In this document: positions 1 through 11,969 of the stretch, piece by piece
Position numbering within the stretch: position 1 is the first letter of the stretch
Layout: each line of letters opens with the position of its first letter
Program-made: the position numbers and the translations under genes
Notes under the pieces: generated by a model
Database searches by the model: none
What the model saw: the letters and a program-made list of their open reading frames with translations, nothing else
What the model was told of the DNA's origin: nothing
NCBI RefSeq assembly: GCF_006345805.1
Contig: NC_043012.1
Location: 56,730,001 to 56,794,000, forward strand
Direction of reading: 5' to 3'
DNA from: Octopus sinensis
Taxonomy: Eukaryota
DNA: 64,000 bases

Positions 1-369
1 TATATAGAAGATAAAACACTTTTTTTTGTGAGTAACATTCTAGTGTTTGAAGCTGTTGAATTTGTTCAATTCACAAGATTTATTCTTTTTAAATTCAACA
101 TGAGATGGGGGTTGTTCTGTTTATTTTTTGCATTTGTCTCAAAATGCTTAATAAAATAGCTTTCTAAATTATCCAAGAGCATCTCAACTTAATTGTTATT
201 TGTATTTTTGTATTTCAAAGATAATTCTGCTAGCAGAAGGAAACTAAAACAGTAAACTAAGTAGGAGTAGGCGATAATCAGAAATGGTAAATGCGGGTGA
301 AATGTAATGAGATGTTTTGTTCTTAATTTCTTTGGTATTTTAATCAAAATGGAAATAAAATTTTATTGT

Positions 370-766
370 ACTCTTTTACTTGTTTCAGTCATTTGACTGT
401 GGCCATGCTGGAGCACCACATTTAGTCGAGCAAATCGACCCCAGGACTTATTCTTTGTAAGCCTAGTACTTATTCTATCGGTCTCTTTTGCCAAACCGCT
501 ACATGACGGGGACATAAACACACTAGCATCGGTTGTCCAATGATGTCAGCGGGGACAAACACAGACACACAAATACACACACACACATATATATACATAT
601 ATACGACAGACTTCTTTCAGTTTCCGTCTACCAAATCCACTCACAAGGCCTTGGTCGGCCCGAGGCTATAGTAGAAGACACTTGCCCAAGGTGCCACGCA
701 GTGGGACTGAACCTGGAACTATGTGGTTGGTAAGCAAGCTACTTACCACACAGCCACTCCTACGCC
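370..766 (-). mobile_element. Family A tRNA-SINE (abundant octopus-type, internal TA/TG microsatellite)
   Basis: Head GGCGTAGGAGTGGCTGTGTGG...GGTTCAGTCCC, internal microsatellite, tail GAAACAAGTAAAAGAG. Confidence 0.9.
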
Positions 767-1134
767 TACTATTTATTTTATCAATATCACATGCATATTA
801 ATATATATGAAATTAAATATCAAACTCTTTTGCTTTCAAAGTATCATTGCGCATGTAGCATTTAAGTTTTACAGTCTCATTGCCTTGACATTAGGAAATA
901 GTGGTAAGCAAGTGTTGCTGTCATGCAAGAGGTATTCAATCTTCCACAGGATCATGTTTGGGTATGGTGAAATATTACCTTACTTGGAAAGAGGTAAGGG
1001 TCGGTGATGGGGGGGGTTGGCTGTATGAAATCTGTCTGATCCATGAGAGGATGCAAAAGTAGGGGTTTCATATATATTACGAGGGTAATGATATTTTCAA
1101 CCAAGACATTACAACTGTGCTTCAATTCAACATA

Positions 1135-1533
1135 GACATAGGAATGGCTGCGTGGTAAGTAGCTTGCTTACGAAACATATTTTCAGGTTCAGTCCCACGG
1201 CACTACACCTTAGGCAAGTGTCTTCTACTATAGCCTCGGGCCGACCAAACACTTGTGAGTGGATTTGGTAGACGGAAACTGAAAGAAGCTCGTCGTATAT
1301 ATGTATATATATATGTATGTGCGTGTGTATTTGTTTGTGTGTCTGTGTTTGTCCCCCTAACATCGCTTGACAACCGATGCTGGAGTGTTTACGTCCCCCG
1401 TAACTTAGTGGTTTGGCAAAAGAGACCGATAGGATAGAATAAGTACTAGGCTTACAAAGAATAAGTCCTGGGGTCGATTTGCTCAACTAAAGGCGGTGCT
1501 CCAGCATGGCCACACTACAAAGAGTAAAAGAGT
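1135..1533 (+). mobile_element. Family A SINE
   Basis: Full head, microsatellite and tail; inverted relative to 370-766. Confidence 0.88.
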
Positions 1534-2429
1534 GTAATGTTTATTTACTCAATTGCTGACATTTAGCAATAGCCCTCTCCCATTGTTTTGATCCACCATT
1601 TTCTATCATTAATAAAACTGTCAGCAGTTTTTGATGACACAGGTACGCTAGTGTTTCAAATAGTTTTCATTTCCACTTGTAAAAGGTATTGACATCTCCT
1701 CCAGACAACACAGAAGATACAGATTGATCTAATTTCAAAGACTACATGGTAAATAAACAGCCAAAGAATGATGTTAAGTAAATTATGTAACTATTGTAAC
1801 AAAAATAACCAAGTCAATATAATAATATAAATATTTGTGTATACAGTCAATATGACTACTCGGAAGAAAGTGTCTTATCTTTAATATCTTTAGATCATAT
1901 AGATATCTTGCCAAACTGAAAACAGCAAGAGGAAAATATAAGAACAACAACGATTTTTATGGCTCTACAGCATAATTTAATTACCATTTTACTCTATGTC
2001 TAGGTGGCTGCATTGACCTGCTAAAAACAGCAGTTAAATATTCCTGAAATCACACTCTAGTATTTTAAATAAGGAAGGACACATTGAGATAATGCGGTTA
2101 CCAGATACATAGTGTCTGTGAAAAAGAAAAGGTAAAATCACAGGGTTATGTCAGGACCTCTTGTTATACGTCTGCTCGGTTAGGATAAGTCCAACCTGGG
2201 TTTAGAGTTGACGGCCAACGATGATTTTTTTCCCCCGTAAGTCGTTTGAAGTAGGGTTAAATTTTTTTGCGTTGTTGTTATACATAAATGCATATACCAA
2301 CACATATTCATATACACACACGTACACATATAAAATATATATACAAGTACATTATACACATACAGATATATGTCTACACACAGATGTATTATTTATATAT
2401 GTGAACGTAATAATACTAATAATAATGTC

Positions 2430-2790
2430 TCATTTTGGCACAGAGCCAGCAATATCGAAAGAAGTCGATTACATCAACCCCAGTACTTATATCATGGACC
2501 CCGAAAGAATGAAAGGCAAAGTCGATCTCGGCGGAATTTGAACTCAGAACGCAAAGACGGACGAAATGTCGCTAAGCATTTTGTCCGGCATGCCAACGGT
2601 ACTTCCAGCTCGCCGCATTTGTATGTAATAATAATAACGATTATTATTATACTTTCAAATTTTGGCACAAGGCCAGCAATTTTAAGGGAATCGATGCCAT
2701 TGTCCCCCACTACTTGACTGGTATTTTATTTTATCGACCTCCCCCCCAGCAAAAGGATAAAAAGCAAAGTTGACCTCAGCAGGATTTGAA
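2430..2790 (-). mobile_element. Two tandem family B SINEs (Meta/MESC-like core)
   Basis: Core GAGTTCAAATTCCGCCGAGGTCGACTTTGCCTTTCATCCTTTCGGGGTCGATAAAATAAGTACCAG and tail GGCCTTGTGCCAAAAT. The domain name is from memory and needs a check. Confidence 0.78.
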
Positions 2791-2887
2791 CTCAATAAGT
2801 AATTTCTATAGTTGACACAAGGACAACAATACAAGGAATTACACCGCGGAGCTATAATAGAATATTATTGCGAAGGAAAAGGAAACA

Positions 2888-2939
<52 letters not shown>

Positions 2940-3067
2940 CGGGAAGCTTTATGAAAATAGACAAAAGACGAAGGCAGGTTTACGGAAATAAACAAAAGAC
3001 GAAGGCAGGTGGAATACAAACAAACAATTGTATTAGTATGGCGCTCAGGAAATATAAATAAAACAAG

Positions 3068-3105
3068 TCTTTAACGTTTCGAGCCTACGCTCTTCAACAG
3101 AAAGA
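3068..3105 (-). ncRNA. Minimal type-I hammerhead-like motif (GAGC stem-II family), one core substitution
   Basis: Minus strand reads TCTTT CTGTTGA A GAGC-gtag-GCTC GAAA CGT T AAAGA: 5-bp stem I, 4-bp stem II, palindromic ACGT stem III. A6 is changed to T. Confidence 0.62.
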
Positions 3106-3737
3106 TACACAGAGAAGAAACACAGAAAGAAGGAGAGAAAAAGAATGCGTGCATATCATATTACTGTGTTTCATGCAAATGGAATTACGATTCCGAAAGA
3201 ATTTTTTTCCCCCCACGAAAATATTCCAATTCTTTTATTTATTTTTGTTTTTTTATCCCTTGATTCCGTGTTCTTATCTAATGTAGACATTAGTTATGAA
3301 TTAAAAGTTTCTGTTGTCGTTATTAAGGAACGGGCGAAGATTTTATGATGGGAGAAAAATATGTAAAGAATTAGGATAAATAGTAGTGGTAGTAGTAGTA
3401 GAAGTTCGAAGTCAGCCCTGACTGAAAAAAGGCCTAAGATCAAAGACATTCAAGCTTAGTGTATCTAGGACTACATTAATGCAGTGTATTCCTTTTTAAG
3501 GGAAAATCGTTTTTTTTTTTTTTTTTATAGAGCAGATGCTGTTTGATATGAGAGACTGAGATTGTTTGACTTGGCGCTCTCAAATTAGAGCAGGTCGCTC
3601 GATTGCGTGAAGGCCTTTCTTTTCTACATGATGCTTGCTGAAAGAAGTTTAAGAAACTCGTAGTCTTTCATGAAATATCCTTGTTGGCTGACTGGCAGTA
3701 AATAACAGTGGTAAGAGGAAATACTTATGAAACTAAT

Positions 3738-4077
3738 GAGGCACCTAGAACGAAGCACATACAGCTGAGTATTACTAGGGGAGAACGGGAAATAGTTACA
3801 TCAAGAGAGAGAAATGGAAATAGTTACATCAAGGAAAAGTATTTTAATGTAAGGAAAAGGTTCTATGAGTAAATAAAAATGCTAGAAATAACAGCTAAAC
3901 CTCCTAAAGAGGCACCTAGAACGAAGCACATACAGCTGAGTATTACTAGGAGAGAACGGGAAATAGTTACATCAAGAGAGAGAAATGGAAATAGTTACAT
4001 CAAGGAAAAGTATTTTAATGTAAGGAAAAGGTTTTATGAGTAAATAAAAATGCTAGAAATAACAGCTAAACCTCCTA
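3738..4077. repeat. Tandem duplication, 171-bp unit x2
   Basis: GAGGCACCTAGAACG at 3738 and 3909; near-identical copies. Confidence 0.9.
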
Positions 4078-6412
4078 TAATTCACAGCCTACCGTCTTTT
4101 TAAAATGCTTCATAAGATAATGTAATACTAGATATATAAAGTCTGGAAAATAAGAAGAGAAAAAGGATAAATGGTTACACTGGGAATGTTTTTGATCATG
4201 AGTCTGCTCGACCAGTGTTGTTCACCTCGGGTTAAACAGCAGCAGCAGTAAAACCTATATAGAATGCAAGCAAACAAGGGAGATACTATATGGTAACGCG
4301 ACCTGCTAGAGAGAGCAGGTAAATTTTTCCTTCTTATTACATCCTACCGTCTTAGGAAAGGAAGGACACATTGGATAAAACATCAGATGGTCATAGCTGA
4401 CCCGCTTTAGATCATATCAGTTCGAGATGACCCGAGGATTAAACCACATTAACTATGTGACTAAGTGTAACCGATGATGATCATCATCATTATCATGAGT
4501 CTAAGGACACCAAAGACGAGCTGGAAAGTTCGTAGAATTTTTATGAACATACAAAAATATACAGAATAGATAACCAACGCGTTTTGCCTCTAAAGACCTA
4601 AAATAAATTACAAGACTTTTATCACCTCCCAGTAACTATGCAAAATTTGAGATTTTCTTTCTTTTTGTGTAAAACCAAATGAATTGTTCGTGAAGAAACA
4701 TTTTTTTTTTATTATCGAAAATATTAAAATTTCTAGACGGAACATTAAAAATATTAAGCGAGTCTGTCAATGTTTGTGTTTATTTTGTAGATAAAATTTC
4801 AAGGATAATTGAATATTAATAAAATTTGATATAGTAACAACATAAATTACCCTAATTCTTCATAGTCAAAGGAAACTACGTCGCCTCCACATTTTCGTTA
4901 AAGTTCTTTGGCTAAAACGAAGAATTCCAGTGTCGAAGACATTAACTAAAAACAGGCGCTCTTGATTAGGCAAACCACCAACGATCTATACAGAATTAAT
5001 GTTTCGACTGCTTTGACTACGTAAGAAAAAAAAGAATTGATTTATGTTCTAAAAAGACGTAGAAAAACCGAATTTAATGTTTAAACAAAGAGTTCGGAAA
5101 ATATTTCAATAAATAAAAAAAAGTAAACCTCATTAGACTTTAAAGGAACTAACAAGGAAGCTTCAGTCTGTTAGAAATAGCAGCCAATCTTCCTCAAACC
5201 ACAACCTAAAAACACAACAACATGACATTGGATAACGTGGTCACAAATATACGCCGACTTTGGAAGGAATCCAAAAGACAGTACAGTCACGGCTGGAATG
5301 CCTGTGATCGTAAGGTCTGCAAGATCAGAGTTGACATGGGGTGTAGTTACGTGGTCTGGGGTCAAACAACAATCATGACAACAGCAAATGGATACTAATT
5401 AAGCTTATAAATGAAAATCTAGAACTCCTGTGTTATCTAAGAATATGTAAAGTTCTGATTGAAGCCATTTGAGGGAGATAGAGAAAGAGAGGGGCCATGT
5501 GCTAATAAAATACGCAATAGAAGATAAAGAGTCAGCAAGCATGTTATGTTATATATACGTGCTGTTCGTTACATGTGTAGAGAGATGATCAGATCGATAA
5601 CGGTTCACTGCTCGCTTTAGTTGTTTGTATTAAAATCAATGAACACTTTTACCTTTGGAAAGGAAAACTACAAAAGTTTTATAAAGTCAGAGCAATAAGA
5701 GATCCACGTGCATTATATTGTTACAGAAGGAGTTTGTGATGGGCAGATAGGTATAGAATAGACGGGCAACAGTGTTTCAGACAAAGCTGTACCTAAGTAA
5801 CAATGGTACTTGATTACACTAATTCGATTATATTCTACCGCTGCTTTTTCTTTCCTTTTCTATTTTCTTTTTCATTGAAAACATTTAAGAAATCGATTTT
5901 GTGACCTAAAGTCTAGGGGTAATTGGAATGGCTATAGAAATAAATAAAAATAGGATTAGTGAACGAAAGATTAATTCTGGATGAGTTGAAGTGGACTTAT
6001 TAAATAATGTATCTGAGGTATGGGTGGGTAGCCCTTAAGTTTTGCATGCAAAACACAAAAAGATGTTGGCTTGTACTGGCTATTAAAGTGAGAAAAATTT
6101 AGCTATAATTTCTATAAACTATTTTTTTAAAAACAACAGTTTTCTTTTTTCATTTAGTTACACACAGAAAGGAGATATCAAAATGAAAAAAAAAAGAAAA
6201 GAAAGCAAACCAAATTTTCAATCATTCGGGTAATCAAAGGAAAAAGTCTTGTATATCTAAAATTTGTATGTTTTTGTAGGTAAAATTTAAATATTACACT
6301 AATAAGTACATACAATAAAATAAATTTTATTCCATTGTTGTAACTATTTGTGTTACTTTTCGCCGACACAAATCGTGATAAATTAATTGTCAGTTTCTAT
6401 TGTTCAACTACT

Positions 6413-6488
<76 letters not shown>

Positions 6489-6648
6489 ATATATAAACTT
6501 TGTTCCAGGTAGCTGAACACATATTTTCTCAATCATTCATTGTGTGAGAAGCAAAGATTATTATTATTATTTTTAACTGTTTAGGGGAAAAGAAAAGAAA
6601 ACAATAAAGCGCGTATGTTGTGCGTAAAATTTTAAAAAATCATTTTAC

Positions 6649-6979
6649 CTATGAGTGTGGTGAAAGCAAGGAAAGCCAGTAAGGCTTGCACGAAGAGACC
6701 CAGTGGTCCAAGTAAATCTCCCGGGGAACATCGTACATCCATGAGTAGTTTCGCTTCTGTAGTGTCAGATGGAAGACGGGTTGAGGCAGGCACTTGGTGT
6801 GAGTGCCGGGTGTTATTGGCACGGGACGGGATTCTAGAAAACAATAGAAACGAAGAAGCCGAAGACCCATTGAGGCTTGTTATGTTAACTAGCTGACGCT
6901 GTGTCAATTCTTGTGCGACAACACTCACCGAATGTTGACCATCTTCGACCAAGAGAGTATTGTCCAGCTGGAAAAGCAT
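6649..6979 (-). CDS. STIMATE: First coding exon of STIMATE/TMEM110 (STIM-activating enhancer, multi-pass membrane protein)
   Basis: Translation RCSPGDLLGPLGLFVQALLAFLAFTTLI matches the first TM segment of TMEM110 as I recall it (human [28 protein letters not shown]). The exon ends at a phase-1 donor G|GTAAAA (intron starts 6648). First in-frame ATG is at 6979 after an in-frame TGA at 7066-7064; an alternative ATG is at 6742. The next exon (KRFREP...W motif) was not found in 1-6648. Confidence 0.82.
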
Positions 6980-7169
6980 CAATGCCGGAATAGTTTTGTC
7001 CAAGTCTAACAATAATGGACGAGAAAGATAAAGAGATAGTAAATCCTTGATGAGAAGTCGACATCAATTATTCCAGTCTTCAACGCAGAAGCGAGGTAGG
7101 TGTCCGTTTCAACTTAGTTACACTGTAGTTCAGAGTTGCTTTCCAAATGTTTAGGGAATGTGATATAAC

Positions 7170-7922
7170 CTGATTCATGATAGCGTAAAATAGTTTTGTT
7201 CGTGTATTTTCTGAATGAAAGTGCGCGTGTCATGCAGCGGTATTATTGTACGTAAAGAGAGAGAGAGAGAGAGAGAGGAGGGAGAGAGAGAAAGGAAAAG
7301 AGAGAGATCGTACAAAGAATCTATAGAAACATTAAAAGTGAAAACAAAGATGTTGAGCAAAAACGAAAACTTATATCAGATAGCACCTATATATAAAAAA
7401 AATATATATCTATTTCTCTCTGACAAAGCATATTTTTCCATGTCAAGAAATCCACTTCGTTATTATTATATATTTGCAATTGGTTCGGTTAAACAGATCC
7501 TTCTTTAGTTTGCAATTTCTTATTCCTTGTTATATTTAACGACGACACTGATCATCATGACAGTATCGCCGCCGACTGTCACAATGAAATGGTAAATTAT
7601 CAGCAACGAAGCCACCAGTTACCTACCCTTTCTCAACAGCATACATAGAGGGCACTACACGTCACTCTTTGCGCTTTATCAGTTTCAAATAATCCGCACA
7701 ACTTTTCTTTTCACTATTTTCAATATTTCTTTGGCTATTTTCGTTTTGTTAATTAAAAAAAAAATATTTTGACAAGGCTAAGCATCACTCTTAAAGGAGC
7801 GTAGGGTGGAATGCAATATTGTAACGTTCAAGCTTTTCCAACGTAGATGAAGTGAGCTTGATTCAATGGTAAATCGAAACCGGGTCACCCGGTCTAGTCT
7901 TGCCGGAGTTTCCCTTACTCAC
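7170..7922 (-). other. Candidate 5' UTR intron of STIMATE
   Basis: Minus-strand donor CGTG|GTGAGTAAG at 7922 and acceptor-like TCAG|G at 7170. Splice-motif inference only. Confidence 0.35.
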
Positions 7923-8200
7923 CACGTTTTGTGTTTGTGTGTATGTGTGTTCAAAACTCAGTCTGCGTGAGTTACTATTCCGAGTTTCTGCTTTCCGGTT
8001 TTGCCATTATAACCTAACTGCATTTCACCCAGGGTGAAACTAGACCAGCATCCGTTGTGTGTATAAAAGATCTATATGTGTATGCATATGACAGTCCAAC
8101 GATGGCATGACAGGCCGAAACTTCGAAGTCACTATAAACATTAAGAATGATAAATTTGGGCGTAACTTCGGTATAAGTACCGGAAGTACCGGATACATTT
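7923..8200 (-). promoter_or_regulatory. Candidate non-coding first exon and promoter of STIMATE
   Basis: Locally CpG-containing sequence with ETS-like motifs (TTCCGG near 7993, CCGGAAGT near 8180), immediately upstream of the donor at 7922. Confidence 0.3.
8091..8135 (+). ncRNA. Degenerate hammerhead-like motif (ACTTCGAAGT family)
   Basis: ACAGT CCAACGA T GGC-atgacag-GCC GAAA CTTCGAAG T C ACTAT. Perfect palindromic stem III and GUC site; two substitutions in CUGANGA. Confidence 0.5.
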
Positions 8201-8410
8201 CAAGAAAATGTTTTTTTTATATATATGAGGGTGGGTAGGGTTAGGGGTGGGAGAAAAGGGTTTCTGTTATCTTCAGAAATGTAAACAGAGTCACGTGTGT
8301 ACCTATACCGAAGGTTCGCCCAAATTTGTATTCTGCATCAAGTTAATGTCATATTGTATTTATTATAAATGAACATAAAAGCAAATATTAACTTAATATA
8401 TATATATTCT

Positions 8411-8740
8411 TTTACTTTTTCAGTCATTTGACTGCGGCCATGCTGGAACACCGCCTTTACAAATCGACCCATGATTTATTCTTTGTAAGCCTAGAACTTA
8501 TTGTATCAGTCTCTTGTCGAACCGCTAAATTACGGGGACATAAACACACCAACATCGGTTATCAAGCGATGGTGAGGTGGGGGACAAGCAGAGATACAAA
8601 TACATACATACATGTGGAACTCCGTCGGTTACGACGATGACGAGGGTTCCAGTTGATCTGATCAACGGAACAGCCTGCTCGTGAAATGAACGTGCAAGTG
8701 GCTGAGCACTCCACAGACACATGTACCCCTTAAGGTAGTT
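8411..8740 (-). mobile_element. Family A SINE 3' half joined to a different retroposon tail (8612-8740)
   Basis: Family A tail at 8411-8610. The adjacent segment (GGAACAGCCTGCTCGTGAAAT...GTGGCTGAGCACTCCACAG) begins at the microsatellite position. Confidence 0.7.
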
Positions 8741-8854
8741 TTGACACTTTGTTAGCAACCAGCTTAAACTCTGTTTAGAACTTAAACAAGTCTCAAAGAA
8801 AATCATACTTATATATGTATACACTCACACACATACATATAAGTACCTATATAT

Positions 8855-9020
8855 AAGGCACAAGCGTGACTGCGTGATAAGAAGCTTGCTTCCCAACAAC
8901 ATGGTTCTGTGTTCAATCCCACTGCATGGCACCTTGGGCAAGTGTCTTCTACTATAGCTTTGGGCTGATCAAAGCCCTATGAGTGGATTTTGTGGGCAGA
9001 AACAGAAAGAAGCCCATTGT
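8855..9020 (+). mobile_element. Family A SINE 5' half, CpG-decayed
   Basis: Head to GAAAGAAGCCC, with several CG-to-TG/CA changes. Confidence 0.78.
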
Positions 9021-9036
9021 ATACACACACACATGG

Positions 9037-9463
9037 ATCCGGGTTTTTTCAATCGCATGAACTAAAAGGTGGAGGGGGACTGGATAAACTACCTGCATCA
9101 ACTTGTTATAGAAAGCAGGTAGTAATTTTACCTTTACTTATTCTTTTGATGAGTGCAGTTCGATTTTAACAGCTATTTTTGCAAAGGTATAATGGAAGTG
9201 ACAAAGGATCATATTTGGCACATTCTGCTTTATGAGTTCAATAAAGGCAATAATGCAACGGAAAGTGCAAGGAATATTAATGCAGTATATGGGGATCAGA
9301 CAATAAGTGTAAACCAGTGTCAACAGTGGTTCCAGAAACTACAGCCTAGAAGTCAAGCCATGCCCTGGAAGATCTGTAGATCTCAAGGACGTCCTGCAAA
9401 CCCTGGTGGAACAAAATCCCATTATAACTGTTGAACAACTAGCAGAGAAGCTTGGATTTGGTC
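9037..9463 (+). mobile_element. Mariner 5' fragment (transposase HTH region)
   Basis: MEVTKDHIWHILLYEFNKGNNATESARNINAVYGDQTISVNQCQQWFQK, then frameshifted QTLVEQNPI.TVEQLAEKLGFGH; truncated at a TA repeat. Confidence 0.88.
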
Positions 9464-9620
9464 ATATATATATATATTATGTGTATATCAATACTTGTTT
9501 TTATGTTCAGTTATAATAAAAACAATTTTACATTCATCTGATGGGTTACTCTATACTTTTGTAAAGTGCAAATTTATCTTTCTTATACAAGAATAATAAA
9601 GATTCTGAGAGCTAAGATTT

Positions 9621-9672
9621 GGCAGTCTGATGATAGCTTAGCTTAGCTGGTCAAAACTTCAAAGTTGCTGTC
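9621..9672 (+). ncRNA. Degenerate hammerhead-like motif (ACTTCGAAGT family)
   Basis: GGCAGT CTGATGA tagcttagcttagctggtc AAAA CTTCAAAG T T GCTGTC. Intact CUGAUGA and 6-bp stem I with wobbles; G12 changed to A. Confidence 0.5.
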
Positions 9673-9699
9673 AACAACATCCCTGTATAAGAATAGTAA

Positions 9700-10391
9700 A
9701 TATTCTCACCTCTTCCAGGATGTTGATCCTGGCTACCTCAAAGTTGGAGATGGCTTGGTAGCAAGAGCTTCTCCACTGAGCTCTATTCAGTGCTACCTAT
9801 TCCTGAGACTTCAGGTTTATCTCACATGTTTTCAAACAAATTTTGAGAATGCCATTATAGCAGAGCAGTGGTTGGCCTTGGTACCTGGTACCTGAGCTAA
9901 GCTGACCATTGAAGAGGATTTTGGTAAGTGAGTGCTTTCCATGCATATCACATGCTCAACCAACATCAATTGCATTTTGGTATGGAAACTCTCAATACTT
10001 AGAATGTCACATCTTGTAAGAACCTCTGTTTTGGGGATTTTGTCCTGCCATTTGATGTTGCAAATTGAAAGAAGGCCATGAAGATGGAATGAATCTAGAT
10101 GTTTGACATGGCTCCTGTAGTATGCCAATATTTCACAGCCATACAGAAGAGAGTTAAGCATAACTGCTTGGTGAACTTTTATCGTTGTGGCTTGGAAGAC
10201 GACATGATTTTTGCACAGTTTTGGCTGGAATCTCATGAAAGCTGAGCCCAACCCAAATAATTACTGGATTATCTCTTTGTTCAGTTGGACATTGTTTGAC
10301 AGGATACTTCCCAGGTAGCAGAATTTGGAAACAGCATTTAGATGGATGTTGTCTACCATGACAATAGAATCCTGTTTTGGATGTTCAGTTG
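9700..10391 (-). mobile_element. RTE-clade LINE ORF remnant (RT C-terminal region)
   Basis: LNAVSKFCYLGSILS and LLYGCEILAYYRSHVKHLDSFHLHGLLSICNIKWQDKIPKTEVLTRC are typical RTE/BovB-like motifs; frameshifted. Confidence 0.85.
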
Positions 10392-10910
10392 TTGTTGCCG
10401 TTGTCTTCTTCTTCTTCTTCTTCTTCTTCCAAACAGGACTCACGCCATTAGCCACAAAGAATAATCTCTAATTCAAGCCTACTCTAAGCTACTAAGAATG
10501 CATGTGGCAACTTGAAGATCCACCCACCACACACAATAGACTGGCAGTTGCACAGGCGCGAAAGCTACGTTGTTATCCTCATTCCGTAAACGGTGGCTTT
10601 TAACGGGTGGAGAGCTGAACCATCCTGGGGTACAGAGGATTCACTATCTAGACTAGGGTCTGAAAGTTTTACCACACCATAGTGGGTTACACCATGGTTC
10701 CTCTGCTTTGTGGCAGAAGTAGGAAGAAAGAGTGAGAGAAAGTTGTGGTGAAAGAGTACAGCGGGGTTCACCCACGCAGTCCCACCGGAGCCTTGTAGAG
10801 CTTAGGTGTTTTTGCTCAATAGACACTCACAATGCCTGGTCTAGGAATCGAAACTGCATTCTTACGACTGTGAGTCCGCTGCCCTAACCACTGGGCCATT
10901 GCGCCTCCAC
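10392..10910 (-). mobile_element. tRNA-derived SINE (family C) with (GAA)n tail, inserted in the RTE
   Basis: Head GTGGAGGCGCAATGGCCCAGTGG (A box)...GTTTCGATTCC (B box). TSD TTCAGTTG at 10384-10391 and 10911-10918. Confidence 0.8.
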
Positions 10911-11025
10911 TTCAGTTGCTGTCTGATGCAAGACCTGTCTTCTTCAAGCTGATTGTTAGACCAAAGGATCTGGCAACATTACAAAAACAATCAACTAATA
11001 TTTGGATGCCACAAGCTGGCAGAAT
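10911..11025 (-). mobile_element. Upstream part of the same RTE LINE, separated by a SINE insertion
   Basis: Minus strand GIQILVDCFCNVARSFGLTISLKKT continues in register into the 10391 segment once the SINE is removed. Confidence 0.7.
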
Positions 11026-11567
11026 CATTAGCATGCCAGGCAAAATGCTTAGCGGCATTTTGTCCTTCTTGACATCGGAGCCTGATGGAGCTCTATAGCT
11101 TGTTGCATCTTGTCAAACTGTCCAACCATTATCAACATGGGAAACAGATTCTAAATGATGATGGCAATGATGATGATGATGATGATGATAGGTGTGGCTG
11201 TGTGGTAAGAATTTTGCTTCTTACAGACAAAATACTTAGCGGTATTTTGTCTGTCGTTATGTTCTGAGTTCAAATTCTGCTGAGGTCGATTTTGCCTTTC
11301 ATCCTTTTAAGTATCAGTTACGCACTGGGATCAATGTAATCGACTTAATCCCTTTGTCTGTCCTTGTTTGTCCCCTCTGTGTTTAGCCCCTTGTGGACAA
11401 TAAGGAAATAAGAAGTTTGCTTCACAGCAACATGGGTCTGGATTCAGTCTCACAGTGGAGCATGTTGGGTAAATATCTTCTACTATAGTCCTGGACTGAC
11501 CAGAGCCTTGTGAGTGAATTTGCAAGACAAAAACTGAAAGCAGCCTGGCAGACACGTATGATATATC

Positions 11568-11963
11568 TCTTTACTCTCTTTTACTTGTTTCAGTCATTTG
11601 ACTGCGGCCATGCTGGAGCACCGCCTTTAATCAAGCAACTCGACCCCGGGACTTATTCTTTTGTAAGCCCAGTACTTATTCTATCGGTCTCTTTTTGCCG
11701 AACTGCTAAGTGACGGGGACATAAACACACCAGCATCGGTTGTCAAGCAATGCTAGGGGGACAAACACAAACACGCATATATATATATATACATATATAC
11801 AACGGGCTTCTTTTCAGTTTCCGTCTACCAAATCCACTCACAAGGCTTTGGTCGGCCCGAGGCTATAGCAGAAGACACTTGCCCAAGGTGCCACGCAGTG
11901 GGACTGAACCCGGAACCATGTGGTTGGTAAACAAGCTACTTACCACACAGCCACTCCTGCGCC
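11568..11963 (-). mobile_element. Young full-length family A SINE
   Basis: Near-consensus with CpGs retained; sits at the microsatellite of the older copy. Confidence 0.9.
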
Positions 11964-11969
11964 ATACAT

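Noticed and set aside
1-6648. Search for STIMATE exon 2
   Set aside because: No KRFREP/WRIW-like segment with splice sites found on the minus strand; treated as intron.
7845-7900. GAAA-CCGGG-tca-CCCGG-TC hairpin resembling hammerhead stem III
   Set aside because: No CUGANGA at the required position and no stem I.
8235-8250. GGGTTAGGG as telomeric repeat (also about 51532)
   Set aside because: Single units inside a dispersed repeat, not an array.
10860-10910. tRNA-like A/B box sequences as tRNA genes
   Set aside because: They are SINE heads continuing into SINE bodies, with no full cloverleaf or acceptor stem.
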